Positions 45,427-54,010 of a stretch of 64,000 nucleotides of DNA are shown here, one piece after another. Each line of letters starts with the position of its first letter. Within the stretch, counting starts at the first letter, position 1. The notes beneath the pieces were generated by a model, which saw only the letters and a program-made list of their open reading frames with translations, did not search any database and was not told the DNA's origin. Where the stretch lies: positions 276 to 64,275 of the forward strand of contig CAKOLG010000002.1 in the NCBI GenBank assembly GCA_934096175.1. Direction: 5' to 3'. The DNA comes from an uncultured Bacilli bacterium (GTDB taxonomy: Bacteria > Bacillota_I > Bacilli_A > RF39 > UBA660). The position numbers were made by a program, and so were the translations under genes.

Positions 45427-46425
45427 ATGGCATTGTTTGAAAGTTATGAAAGAAGAATAGAACAAATTAAACCAGTAATGGCAAAATATGGTATTAAAGA
45501 TTTTGAAGACGCAAGAAATATTTGTTTAGAAAAGGGCTTTGATCCATATGAAATAGTAAAAAATGTTCAACCAATATGTTTTGAAAATGCATGTTGGGCC
45601 TACACTTTAGGAGCAGCAATTGCAATTAAATCTAATAGAACTAAAGCTTCAGAAGCCGCTAAAGCAATTGGTGAAGGCCTACAAGCTTTCTGTATTCCAG
45701 GCTCAGTAGCTGATGATCGTAAAGTTGGTTTAGGTCATGGAAACTTAGCTTCTATGTTGCTATCTGAAGAAACAAAATGTTTTGCTTTTCTTGCTGGACA
45801 CGAATCATTTGCAGCTGCTGAAGGTGCAATAGGTATTGCAAGAAATGCTAATAAAGTCAGAAAAGAACCATTAAAAGTTATTTTAAATGGTTTAGGTAAA
45901 GACGCTGCTCAAATAATTTCTAGAATAAATGGTTTTACTTATGTAAAAACAGACTTTGATTTCTTTAATGGTAAAGTTAATATTATTGACGAAATAAAAT
46001 ATTCTGACGGCGAAAGAAGCAAAGTTAGATGCTATGGCGCAAATGATGTTAGAGAAGGTGTAGCAATAATGCACTTAGAAGGCGTTGATGTTTCAATAAC
46101 CGGAAATTCAACAAACCCAACACGTTTCCAACACCCTGTAGCCGGAACTTATAAAAAAGAATGTATTGAACAAGGAAAGAAATACTTCTCTGTTGCATCA
46201 GGTGGAGGAACAGGTAGAACTTTACACCCTGATAACATTGCAGCAGGACCTGCTTCATACGGTATGACAGATACTATGGGAAGAATGCACAGTGATGCAC
46301 AATTCGCAGGTTCATCATCAGTTCCAGCTCACGTTGAAATGATGGGACTAATTGGTATGGGTAACAATCCAATGGTCGGAGCAACCGTTTCTATTGCCGT
46401 TGCTATTGAAGAAGCAACAAAATAA
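45427..46425 (+). CDS. GGGtGRT-family protein (function unknown)
   Basis: Literal motif SGGGTGRTLHP (DNA 46201-46221), about 332 aa. RBS AAGGAGG lies 15 nt after the upstream stop. Confidence 0.85.
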   Translation: MALFESYERRIEQIKPVMAKYGIKDFEDARNICLEKGFDPYEIVKNVQPICFENACWAYTLGAAIAIKSNRTKASEAAKAIGEGLQAFCIPGSVADDRKVGLGHGNLASMLLSEETKCFAFLAGHESFAAAEGAIGIARNANKVRKEPLKVILNGLGKDAAQIISRINGFTYVKTDFDFFNGKVNIIDEIKYSDGERSKVRCYGANDVREGVAIMHLEGVDVSITGNSTNPTRFQHPVAGTYKKECIEQGKKYFSVASGGGTGRTLHPDNIAAGPASYGMTDTMGRMHSDAQFAGSSSVPAHVEMMGLIGMGNNPMVGATVSIAVAIEEATK

Positions 46426-46456
46426 AAAAGAAAACATTGCAGTGTTTTCTTTTTTT
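46424..46456. terminator. bidirectional terminator between convergent genes
   Basis: A6-GAAAACA-TTGCAG-TGTTTTC-T7. Confidence 0.8.
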
Positions 46457-46466
46457 ACTTCAAAAA

Positions 46467-47096
46467 TTACTTAAGTGTTTTTGCTCTATCAACATCAATA
46501 CTAACATTTTCTTCAAATACTTCATCAAATAAATCGTTATATTGCAAGCATTTTTTAATTTCGTTTTTAAATAACTCAAATCCACCATATTGGTTGTGAT
46601 TTAAACGACTTGGACAATCTTTAACTTCTTTACCACACATAATACGTGCAGTTTTATGAGAAATAACTCTTTCAAAAGGAATATTCCACTTAATCATCAA
46701 AGTAGCTGCTAATTTAGCTTGATTGTGTAATGCATCACAATAACTAATTCCTTTACATACTAATCTCTCTATTCCAATACTACAAAAATTTAAATCAGTT
46801 CCAGTATGTTTGACCCAATAAGTATCTGGTATAAAATGATAGATTTTTTTATCTCCTACTAAATAATGATAACCAATAGCAGAACCATTTAAACCATCAG
46901 TTAAAATTTTATCTGCATAGTGTTGCATATCATAACTTTCTGGAGTTTTACCTAATCCTAATGATACTTCGTGTATTACAATATATTTTGGTATTTGACT
47001 ACCAAGTTTCATATTGGTTGCCTCTTCAGGTAAAAAATGGTCCTCAACTCTAACACTTTTAATACCTTCACTAAGTTTATATTTCTTTTTACTCAT
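46467..47096 (-). CDS. N-acetylmuramoyl-L-alanine amidase (Amidase_2/PGRP fold), no signal peptide or wall-binding domain
   Basis: IVIHEVS, GYHYLVGD, HTG...NFCSIGIE, ISHKT...CPS (zinc ligands His, His, Cys). Confidence 0.75.
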   Translation of the reverse strand: MSKKKYKLSEGIKSVRVEDHFLPEEATNMKLGSQIPKYIVIHEVSLGLGKTPESYDMQHYADKILTDGLNGSAIGYHYLVGDKKIYHFIPDTYWVKHTGTDLNFCSIGIERLVCKGISYCDALHNQAKLAATLMIKWNIPFERVISHKTARIMCGKEVKDCPSRLNHNQYGGFELFKNEIKKCLQYNDLFDEVFEENVSIDVDRAKTLK

Positions 47097-47221
47097 CTAA
47101 AACTTCTCCTCAATTAACATATAATACTACATAATAAAATAAAACGCCAATTTAAACTAAAAAAAATCATATAAACATAAGTATCGCATATATTTTATTA
47201 GAAAGAGAGGAACCAAAATAT

Positions 47222-47482
47222 ATGGAAATATTAAAAGTATCTAGTAAATCAAATTCAAATAAAGTAGCAGGAGCAATTGCTAATATTTTTAGAGAAAAGG
47301 GTAGTGTTGAAATTCAAACTATCGGAGCAGGATCACTTAATCAAGCAATTAAAGCTGTATGCATAGCTCGAGGATTCGTAGCACCTAGTGGTTTAAACCT
47401 TGTGTGTATTCCAGCATTTACAGATATTGAAATTGATGGATCAGAAAAAACAGCTATAAAACTAATTGTAGAAGCTAAATAA
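47222..47482 (+). CDS. spoVS: stage V sporulation protein S
   Basis: MEILKVSSKSNSNKVAGAIA...IQTIGAGSLNQAIKAVCIARGFVAPSGLNLVCIPAFTDIEIDG...TAIKLIVE is near-identical in pattern to B. subtilis SpoVS. Confidence 0.95.
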   Translation: MEILKVSSKSNSNKVAGAIANIFREKGSVEIQTIGAGSLNQAIKAVCIARGFVAPSGLNLVCIPAFTDIEIDGSEKTAIKLIVEAK

Positions 47483-47535
47483 CTTCTACTTTTTTTTAAT
47501 ATAAAACCTATGATATAATGAAAATAGGTGATTAT

Positions 47536-48252
47536 ATGAATTCCGAAGATAACTTAAATTTATTTATTAATGATTTATACAATGAAATATATAACAATTT
47601 TACAGTCACTAAAATAAATTATCAAAGTTTAGAAAAAAAAGTTTTTTCTTTATTAAAACAATCCTTAAAAACACACCAATATGAAATAGAAATAGGTTCC
47701 TATAAAATAAATTTTAATCCTCAAAACATTTTAGTTTCCTATGAAACCTTATCTACATATTTGGAAATTTCAAATACAGATATTCATGAAGAAAATGAAA
47801 TAATTGATAATATAGTGTATTATGCAATTGAAGAGGAAACTCAAAAAAATGTCGAACATATACCAGAAAAATCAGTTTTAAAAACAAGTACTTCAGTTAT
47901 AAAATACGACAGTAATTATCAAGAAAACATATATATAGAATTTATAAATTGTGCCAACAAAGACTTTAAATATTATCTAAAAGATTCTAATGATATCACA
48001 TATATCGGTGAAAACTCCATTATTATAAGTAAAGAATTTAGTTTAAATGACAATCGCTTAGACGTTAATAACTATTTTAAAGTTAGTATTATTCCTATAA
48101 AATATAATCAAGAAACAAATAATTTTAGCGTTGTAACAACCGCACAAACCAAAAAGCAATATCGTACAATTTTCCCAAATACTGACTACCAAAAAGAGAT
48201 AATAAAACATATTTATAATAGTATTGTAAAGTTTTATAGTAACTATATTTAA
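47536..48252 (+). CDS. hypothetical protein
   Basis: RBS AGGTGA precedes the ATG at 47536. No motif recognised. Confidence 0.55.
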   Translation: MNSEDNLNLFINDLYNEIYNNFTVTKINYQSLEKKVFSLLKQSLKTHQYEIEIGSYKINFNPQNILVSYETLSTYLEISNTDIHEENEIIDNIVYYAIEEETQKNVEHIPEKSVLKTSTSVIKYDSNYQENIYIEFINCANKDFKYYLKDSNDITYIGENSIIISKEFSLNDNRLDVNNYFKVSIIPIKYNQETNNFSVVTTAQTKKQYRTIFPNTDYQKEIIKHIYNSIVKFYSNYI

Positions 48253-48320
48253 TAAAGTGTAAATACACTTTTTTTTAATTGAATAAAATAATATAATTAT
48301 AATGAAAGAAGGATAAAATA

Positions 48321-49313
48321 ATGAATTTTATACAAACAATAAAAGAAAAAGCTCAAGCCAATATAAAAAGAATAATTCTTCCAGAATCAATGGACTTAAG
48401 AGTACTAAAAGCTGCCAGTATTTGTCAAAAAGAAAAAATTGCTCAAATAATTTTAATTGGTGAGGAAGATAAAATCAAAACATTAACTAAAGGCGAAGTT
48501 GATTTACAAGATGTAGAAATTATTAATCCACTTACTAGTGAATTAACTAAAAAAATAGTTAATGATTTATATGAACTACGTAAAGAAAAGGGTATGACAA
48601 TAGAACAAGCCAATAAACTAGTTGTTGAAGACTATATGTATTATGCTTGTATGTTAGTTCACGAAAACTATGCTGATGGTGTTGTATCAGGTGCTTGCCA
48701 TTCAACTTCAAACACACTAAGACCAGCACTGCAAATCATCAAAACTGCCCCCAACTCTAAATTGGTATCAGCATTTTTTCTAATGGTAGTTCCTAATTGC
48801 CAATACGGTTATAATGGTACCTTCATTTTTGGAGATTCAGGCCTAGAACAAAATCCTACACCAGAAAAATTAGCCGCCATCGCTGCTGCATCTTCTGAAT
48901 CATTTGAAACATTAACGGGTCAAAAAGCCATTACCGCTTTATTATCCCACTCCACAAAAGGTAGTGCTAAACATCCTGATGTAGATAAAGTTTTAGAAGC
49001 TCTTAAAATAGCCAAAGAAGAATACCCACAATATAATATAGATGGTGAACTGCAACTTGATGCTGCTATTATCCCCGAAGTAGCTCAATCTAAAGCCCCA
49101 AATTCCCCAGTTGCTGGAAAAGCCAATGTTTTAATTTTTCCAGATCTAGATGCTGGTAATATTGGTTATAAATTAGTACAACGTCTTGCTAAAGCAGAAG
49201 CTTATGGACCAATTACTCAAGGAATTAGAAAACCTATTAATGACTTGTCACGCGGTTGTAGTGTTGAAGATATCGTTGGAGTTGTTGCGATAACATCTGT
49301 TCAAGCAAAATAA
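48321..49313 (+). CDS. pta: phosphate acetyltransferase
   Basis: 330 aa. SGACHSTSNTLRPALQIIKT, GELQLDAA, PDLDAGNIGYKLVQRL, NDLSRGCS. Confidence 0.93.
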   Translation: MNFIQTIKEKAQANIKRIILPESMDLRVLKAASICQKEKIAQIILIGEEDKIKTLTKGEVDLQDVEIINPLTSELTKKIVNDLYELRKEKGMTIEQANKLVVEDYMYYACMLVHENYADGVVSGACHSTSNTLRPALQIIKTAPNSKLVSAFFLMVVPNCQYGYNGTFIFGDSGLEQNPTPEKLAAIAAASSESFETLTGQKAITALLSHSTKGSAKHPDVDKVLEALKIAKEEYPQYNIDGELQLDAAIIPEVAQSKAPNSPVAGKANVLIFPDLDAGNIGYKLVQRLAKAEAYGPITQGIRKPINDLSRGCSVEDIVGVVAITSVQAK

Positions 49314-49341
49314 AAAATATTTCTCGAAGAAATATTTTTTT
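49312..49341. terminator. bidirectional terminator
   Basis: A-run, AATATTTCT-CGA-AGAAATATT, T-run, between convergent genes. Confidence 0.7.
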
Positions 49342-50050
49342 AATGTAATAAATATAAAGTAATTAAAGTCAACGCTGCTGTAAAGACTAAAGAAAATATA
49401 AGTAATTCAAAAGTACCAGAATATCCTGCTTTTTTTTGTTCTTTTCGCAAAGTTAATTTTATTGCTTCTTCATTTTTTCCCATTTTATTTGTTGCAAAAT
49501 TATTATTATCAAATTCATGTAACTTAGCTATCGCTTCAGTTTGATGAACATTTGATTTAGTATTATCAGATTCTAACCCAATTTCATAATTTCTAAAAGT
49601 TATAATTTCTTGACGTAATCCCGGAATTAAAAAATCTTCATATAATGATAAATCTTTTAAAAAAGCATAATAATCATTAACTTTTTTTTGTTCTTCTTCA
49701 TTAAAAGGTGTATCTCTATTTATTAGTTGATAAAATTCATCACTACTAATCAATTCCTCTTTTTTATTAGAATTATCTTCATCACTTTTACCATTATCTT
49801 CAAAATTACTATTTAATCTTGCTGCATGCAATTTTATAATTTTAAAAATATCTTCGCTAGATAAAACACTCAAAGACCCAAAAAAAACTTCATTCGTTCC
49901 TAATAAATCATTAATATTAAATTGACTTATATCTACACGTTCATTCGAATATATTAAATATTTACCTTCCATACTTAAGTCTTTAAGACTTTCAGGAAAT
50001 TCTTCATATAAATTAGCTAAAGTATTTCTATTAACATCTACTATTTCCAT
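49340..50050 (-). CDS. hypothetical C-terminally tail-anchored protein
   Basis: RBS AGGTGA precedes the ATG at 50050 (MEIVDVNRNT...). A single C-terminal TM helix, FELLIFSLVFTAALTLITLYLL. Confidence 0.55.
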   Translation of the reverse strand: MEIVDVNRNTLANLYEEFPESLKDLSMEGKYLIYSNERVDISQFNINDLLGTNEVFFGSLSVLSSEDIFKIIKLHAARLNSNFEDNGKSDEDNSNKKEELISSDEFYQLINRDTPFNEEEQKKVNDYYAFLKDLSLYEDFLIPGLRQEIITFRNYEIGLESDNTKSNVHQTEAIAKLHEFDNNNFATNKMGKNEEAIKLTLRKEQKKAGYSGTFELLIFSLVFTAALTLITLYLLH

Positions 50051-50133
50051 ATTATCACCTATAATAATATTAACAAAGAAATAAATTATTTTCAAATAAT
50101 AATTAATATTGTATAATATATATCGTGATTATT

Positions 50134-51426
50134 ATGAAAAAAGAGCTAAATGAAGAATTTGTAATTGAATTATCCAAAAAAAAGCATGAACCAAGTTGGA
50201 TGTTAGAATTTAGATTAAAATCATTTGCTAAATTTAAAGAATTAGACAACCCTAAGTTTGGTCCAAAATTGGAATTTGATTTCAATAACATAAATTATTA
50301 TAAATCTAATGAAGAAAAATTAACTAACAAATGGGAAGATGTTAATTGTAGCATTAGAAATAGGTTCGATGAACTAGGGGTAATAGATGCTGAAAATAAG
50401 TACTTAGGTGGAGTTACAAACCAGTTTGAAAGTGAAGTCGTTTATCATAATCAAAAAATAGACGATGGAATTATTTTTACTTCAACAGATGATGCCCTAC
50501 AAAAATATCCAGACCTTTTTAAGCAATATTTTAATCATTTAGTAAATTATACTGAAAACAAATTTACTGCTTTAAACGGTGCCGTGTGGAGTGGTGGATC
50601 ATTTATTTACATCCCTAAGGGTGTAAAAGTTGATAGACCTCTTCAAAGCTATTTTCGTATTGAAACAGAAAGTCTTGGTCAGTTTGAAAGAACAATAATT
50701 ATTGTTGATGAAGGAGCCGATTTAAGTTACATAGAAGGTTGTACCGCCAAAAACTTTAGTGTTAGTTCACTTCATGCTGGTGTTGTAGAAATCTTTATAA
50801 AAAAGAATGCCCATTGCCGTTATTCTACAATCCAAAATTGGTCAACAGATGTTTATAACTTAGTTACCAAAAGAGCAATTGTTGATGCATACGGAACTAT
50901 GGAGTGGGTAGATGGTAATTTAGGAAGTAAAGTCACAATGAAATATCCTTCATGTATTTTAAAAGGTGAAGGAGCAACAGGCAATTCCATAAGTATAGCT
51001 TATGCTAAGGAAAATCAGCATCTAGATGCTGGTGCAAAAATGATTCACTTAGCGCCAAATACTAAAAGTAATATAATTAGTAAATCAATTGCAGAAAAAG
51101 GTGGCATCAGTAACTACCGTGGCTTAACAAAGATAACAAAAGCAGCAACCAACAGCCAGGCAACAGTTAAATGTGATACAATCATTTTGGACGAATTATC
51201 AAAAAGTGACACCTTTCCAACAAACATTGTCGGCAATAATAGCAGTACTTTGGAACATGAAGCAACAATTTCTAAAATAAGTGCTGAAAAATTATTTTAC
51301 TTAACTAGCAAAGGTTTAGATGAAAATTCTGCTAAAGAACTGCTGATTATGGGATTTATTAGTGACTTTAAAAAAGAACTTCCAATGGAATATGCAGTAG
51401 AATTAAATAGATTAATAAAAGAGTAA
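50134..51426 (+). CDS. sufB: Fe-S cluster assembly protein SufB
   Basis: EPSWMLEFRLKSF, GQFERTIIIVDEGADLSYIEGCTA. The C-terminal beta-helix region resembles SufB. Start taken at the ATG at 50134. Confidence 0.85.
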   Translation: MKKELNEEFVIELSKKKHEPSWMLEFRLKSFAKFKELDNPKFGPKLEFDFNNINYYKSNEEKLTNKWEDVNCSIRNRFDELGVIDAENKYLGGVTNQFESEVVYHNQKIDDGIIFTSTDDALQKYPDLFKQYFNHLVNYTENKFTALNGAVWSGGSFIYIPKGVKVDRPLQSYFRIETESLGQFERTIIIVDEGADLSYIEGCTAKNFSVSSLHAGVVEIFIKKNAHCRYSTIQNWSTDVYNLVTKRAIVDAYGTMEWVDGNLGSKVTMKYPSCILKGEGATGNSISIAYAKENQHLDAGAKMIHLAPNTKSNIISKSIAEKGGISNYRGLTKITKAATNSQATVKCDTIILDELSKSDTFPTNIVGNNSSTLEHEATISKISAEKLFYLTSKGLDENSAKELLIMGFISDFKKELPMEYAVELNRLIKE

Positions 51427-51434
51427 AAAAAATT

Positions 51435-51471
51435 AAAAATACTATAAATAAGCTTTTTATAGTATTTTTTT
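51435..51471 (+). terminator. rho-independent terminator of sufB
   Basis: ATACTATAAA-loop-TTTATAGTAT plus T6. Confidence 0.8.
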
Positions 51472-51601
51472 ATGTCAAAAAAAGATTTTGTATCTTATAA
51501 AAACATTTTTTTAATAAATTTTATCATCTAAAACATAAATATGGTGATTTGCAAAAAAAAATAAAACATATTATCATGCATTGCGAAAGGGGGGGACTTT
51601 C

Positions 51602-51940
51602 ATGTTAAATCAAGTAGTCTTAGTTGGTAGATTAACTGATGATCCAGAACTTATAACATCTGAAAATGGCAAAAAAGTAACTACTGTAACTTTAGCTGTT
51701 CAAAGAACATACAAAAATAGCGATGGCCTATATGAAGCTGATTTTATTCGTTGCATATTATGGAATGCAATCGCTGCAAGTACAGTAGAGTATTGTCATA
51801 AAGGCGATATAGTCGGTGTAAAAGGTTATATTAAAACTAGTTCATACGAAGATAAAGAAGGAATAAAAAGATATAATACTGATGTAATCGCCGAAAAAGT
51901 AACTTTTTTATCAAGCAAGCCTAAAAATAATGAAGAATAA
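51602..51940 (+). CDS. ssb: single-stranded DNA-binding protein, short form without acidic tail (SsbB-like)
   Basis: MLNQVVLVGRLTDDPEL...FIRCILWN OB-fold pattern, 112 aa, ending ...KPKNNEE with no DDxxPF tip. RBS GAAAGGGGGGG. Confidence 0.85.
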   Translation: MLNQVVLVGRLTDDPELITSENGKKVTTVTLAVQRTYKNSDGLYEADFIRCILWNAIAASTVEYCHKGDIVGVKGYIKTSSYEDKEGIKRYNTDVIAEKVTFLSSKPKNNEE

Positions 51941-51974
51941 CTAGAAATAAAAAAAGATATAAAATTTTATATCA

Positions 51975-53003
51975 TTAGTCCATAAAGTACAAAGGATTAG
52001 CTTTTTTTAAAATATTAATCCGACCATCTTTTTTTGTTTTTTCTCTATTTCTAAACATTTTCGCTTTATCTTGATTCAACAAAATAAAATGATAAAGCAT
52101 AGCATTTCTTTCTTTACAATTACAAAATCCATGTATTAAATCACTATATGTAATCGGTAATTTTTTTATAAGCATATCTTTTTGGTCTTTATCGTAAATA
52201 ATAGGTTCATTACAAACATCTTCGTATAAATCGGCAATAATTAATTTTAATAAATATATTTTTAAAAATTTAATTTCTTTAGTTGAAAAACCTAAATTTT
52301 GTAAAATAGTTAATGAATCAAATTCATTAGTTAAATACAACCAAACAAATTTAAGAGATTCATTAATTGTATAACTTTGAATATAATATTCAAATAATTG
52401 ACAAACAGTATTTCTAAGTAAATTGTTTAAAGTTATAATAGCTGGTTTTGAGCAAATGATTTTTTCCCATTTTGCAATAATGAAATCATCACCATTTTTT
52501 TTCATCAAAGCATAATTATCTTCGCAAAGCTCATGCTCAAATAAAGAATTATAATACGTCCTAATTAAATAAGTTCCAAAAGCAAAATTATTAAAAAAAA
52601 GTTCTTTAATATCAGCATAATCCATTTTACTAAGAAAAATTAAACACTTTTTGTCGGCACTACAATAACAATACGTTAAAAAATTATAAATAAAAGTCGC
52701 AATAACAAATTTAACACTTCTTTCATTTTGAAAAAAAGCATCATTATTTTTACCGAATGTTTCATTAAATATATCAAATTCATCACTTTTAGTATTAACT
52801 AATGAATTATAAACACTTTCGTATAAATTATTTGTATTATTTAACGTTTTAAAATTTTTGTAAAAATAATCTAAATCATCGATAAAGTTACCATCATCAT
52901 CAAAAAAAGTTTCGTCAAAATCATTTTCATTGGGATTTTTTAAATAATAAATTGTTTCATATTCACTAATAAGCAATGAAATCATCAAATATTTTAAACT
53001 CAT
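51975..53003 (-). CDS. hypothetical protein
   Basis: RBS AGGGGTGA precedes the ATG at 53003 (MSLKYLMISLL...). No motif recognised. Confidence 0.55.
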   Translation of the reverse strand: MSLKYLMISLLISEYETIYYLKNPNENDFDETFFDDDGNFIDDLDYFYKNFKTLNNTNNLYESVYNSLVNTKSDEFDIFNETFGKNNDAFFQNERSVKFVIATFIYNFLTYCYCSADKKCLIFLSKMDYADIKELFFNNFAFGTYLIRTYYNSLFEHELCEDNYALMKKNGDDFIIAKWEKIICSKPAIITLNNLLRNTVCQLFEYYIQSYTINESLKFVWLYLTNEFDSLTILQNLGFSTKEIKFLKIYLLKLIIADLYEDVCNEPIIYDKDQKDMLIKKLPITYSDLIHGFCNCKERNAMLYHFILLNQDKAKMFRNREKTKKDGRINILKKANPLYFMD

Positions 53004-53085
53004 ATAATTCACCCCTGTTAAATCATTGTATAAAAAATAAACCATAAAATCAATTTAAAACTCATATATTTAACTAGGTGATAAG

Positions 53086-53865
53086 ATGAAAAAAATTTTT
53101 CAGTATATAGGATTAGTAGGAATATGTTTATTTAGTTTTTATTATACGGAAAAAATAGCTTTGTATGTTAAAATGAAAAATCCCTTAATGAAAGAAATTA
53201 ATAGTATAAAAGATGATATGTATGTAAATAGTATTGATAGTACTTTGATAAATGATATTTACATAATACCAGGCTTAAATGGCAAAGAAGTGGATATAGA
53301 TAAGTCTTTTGTTAATATGAAAGAAGACAATGTTCTCAACATAAATCAATTAGTTTATTCACCAGTAACACCAAAAGTCAGTTTAGAAGACCACAAAGAA
53401 AGAATAATAATTAGAGGAAATGAAAATAAAAATTGTGTTTCATTAATATTTGAAGAAGACAATGATTTAGCCAAATACATGTATCAAGAAGGTTACGTTA
53501 TTAATCTTTTAATCAACAAGGAAAATTATAATACTAATTATGAATTAATAAATAATTCAACAATTGCCTCAGTTTATAATAATATCGAAAAATATTTAAA
53601 TAAAAACAATATAAATAAAAAATTGTGTTACGTTAAAGAAAATAATGAAGTATCTAAACTTTGTCAAAATAAATATTTATTTAAAAGCTCACTAATAATA
53701 AATCACTCAAATTTAGGAGTAAACAAAAAAAGAATAAAAAGCGGAGAAATAATTTTGATTGAAAAAAGTTTAAGTCTATCCGAATTAACAATTTTATTAG
53801 ATCAAATTAATTATCAATCATTAAAAATTGTGCCACTTTCAACTCTTATTTCAGAAGAAAATTAA
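53086..53865 (+). CDS. hypothetical membrane-anchored protein
   Basis: N-terminal TM helix. NCVSLIFEEDND weakly resembles the VALTFDDG motif of NodB-type deacetylases, but the His motifs are absent, so I make no family call. Confidence 0.5.
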   Translation: MKKIFQYIGLVGICLFSFYYTEKIALYVKMKNPLMKEINSIKDDMYVNSIDSTLINDIYIIPGLNGKEVDIDKSFVNMKEDNVLNINQLVYSPVTPKVSLEDHKERIIIRGNENKNCVSLIFEEDNDLAKYMYQEGYVINLLINKENYNTNYELINNSTIASVYNNIEKYLNKNNINKKLCYVKENNEVSKLCQNKYLFKSSLIINHSNLGVNKKRIKSGEIILIEKSLSLSELTILLDQINYQSLKIVPLSTLISEEN

Positions 53866-54010
53866 TTATTGTTAATTGATTAAATCTAAACTAAAAACAT
53901 ATAATTACCTATTTAAATTTAGTATATTATTGCTAACCTTTAAGATTTCTGTTATAATTACCTAGACACAAGCCTTTATATAAATAAATAATAGAAAAGA
54001 GATGTAATTT

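Noticed and set aside
53866-54010. 11-nt direct repeat ATAATTACCTA (twice) in the rnj upstream region.
   Set aside because: It is short, AT-rich and not palindromic. One copy overlaps the TGTTATAAT -10 of a good TTGCTA-17-TATAAT promoter. It is most simply explained by chance.
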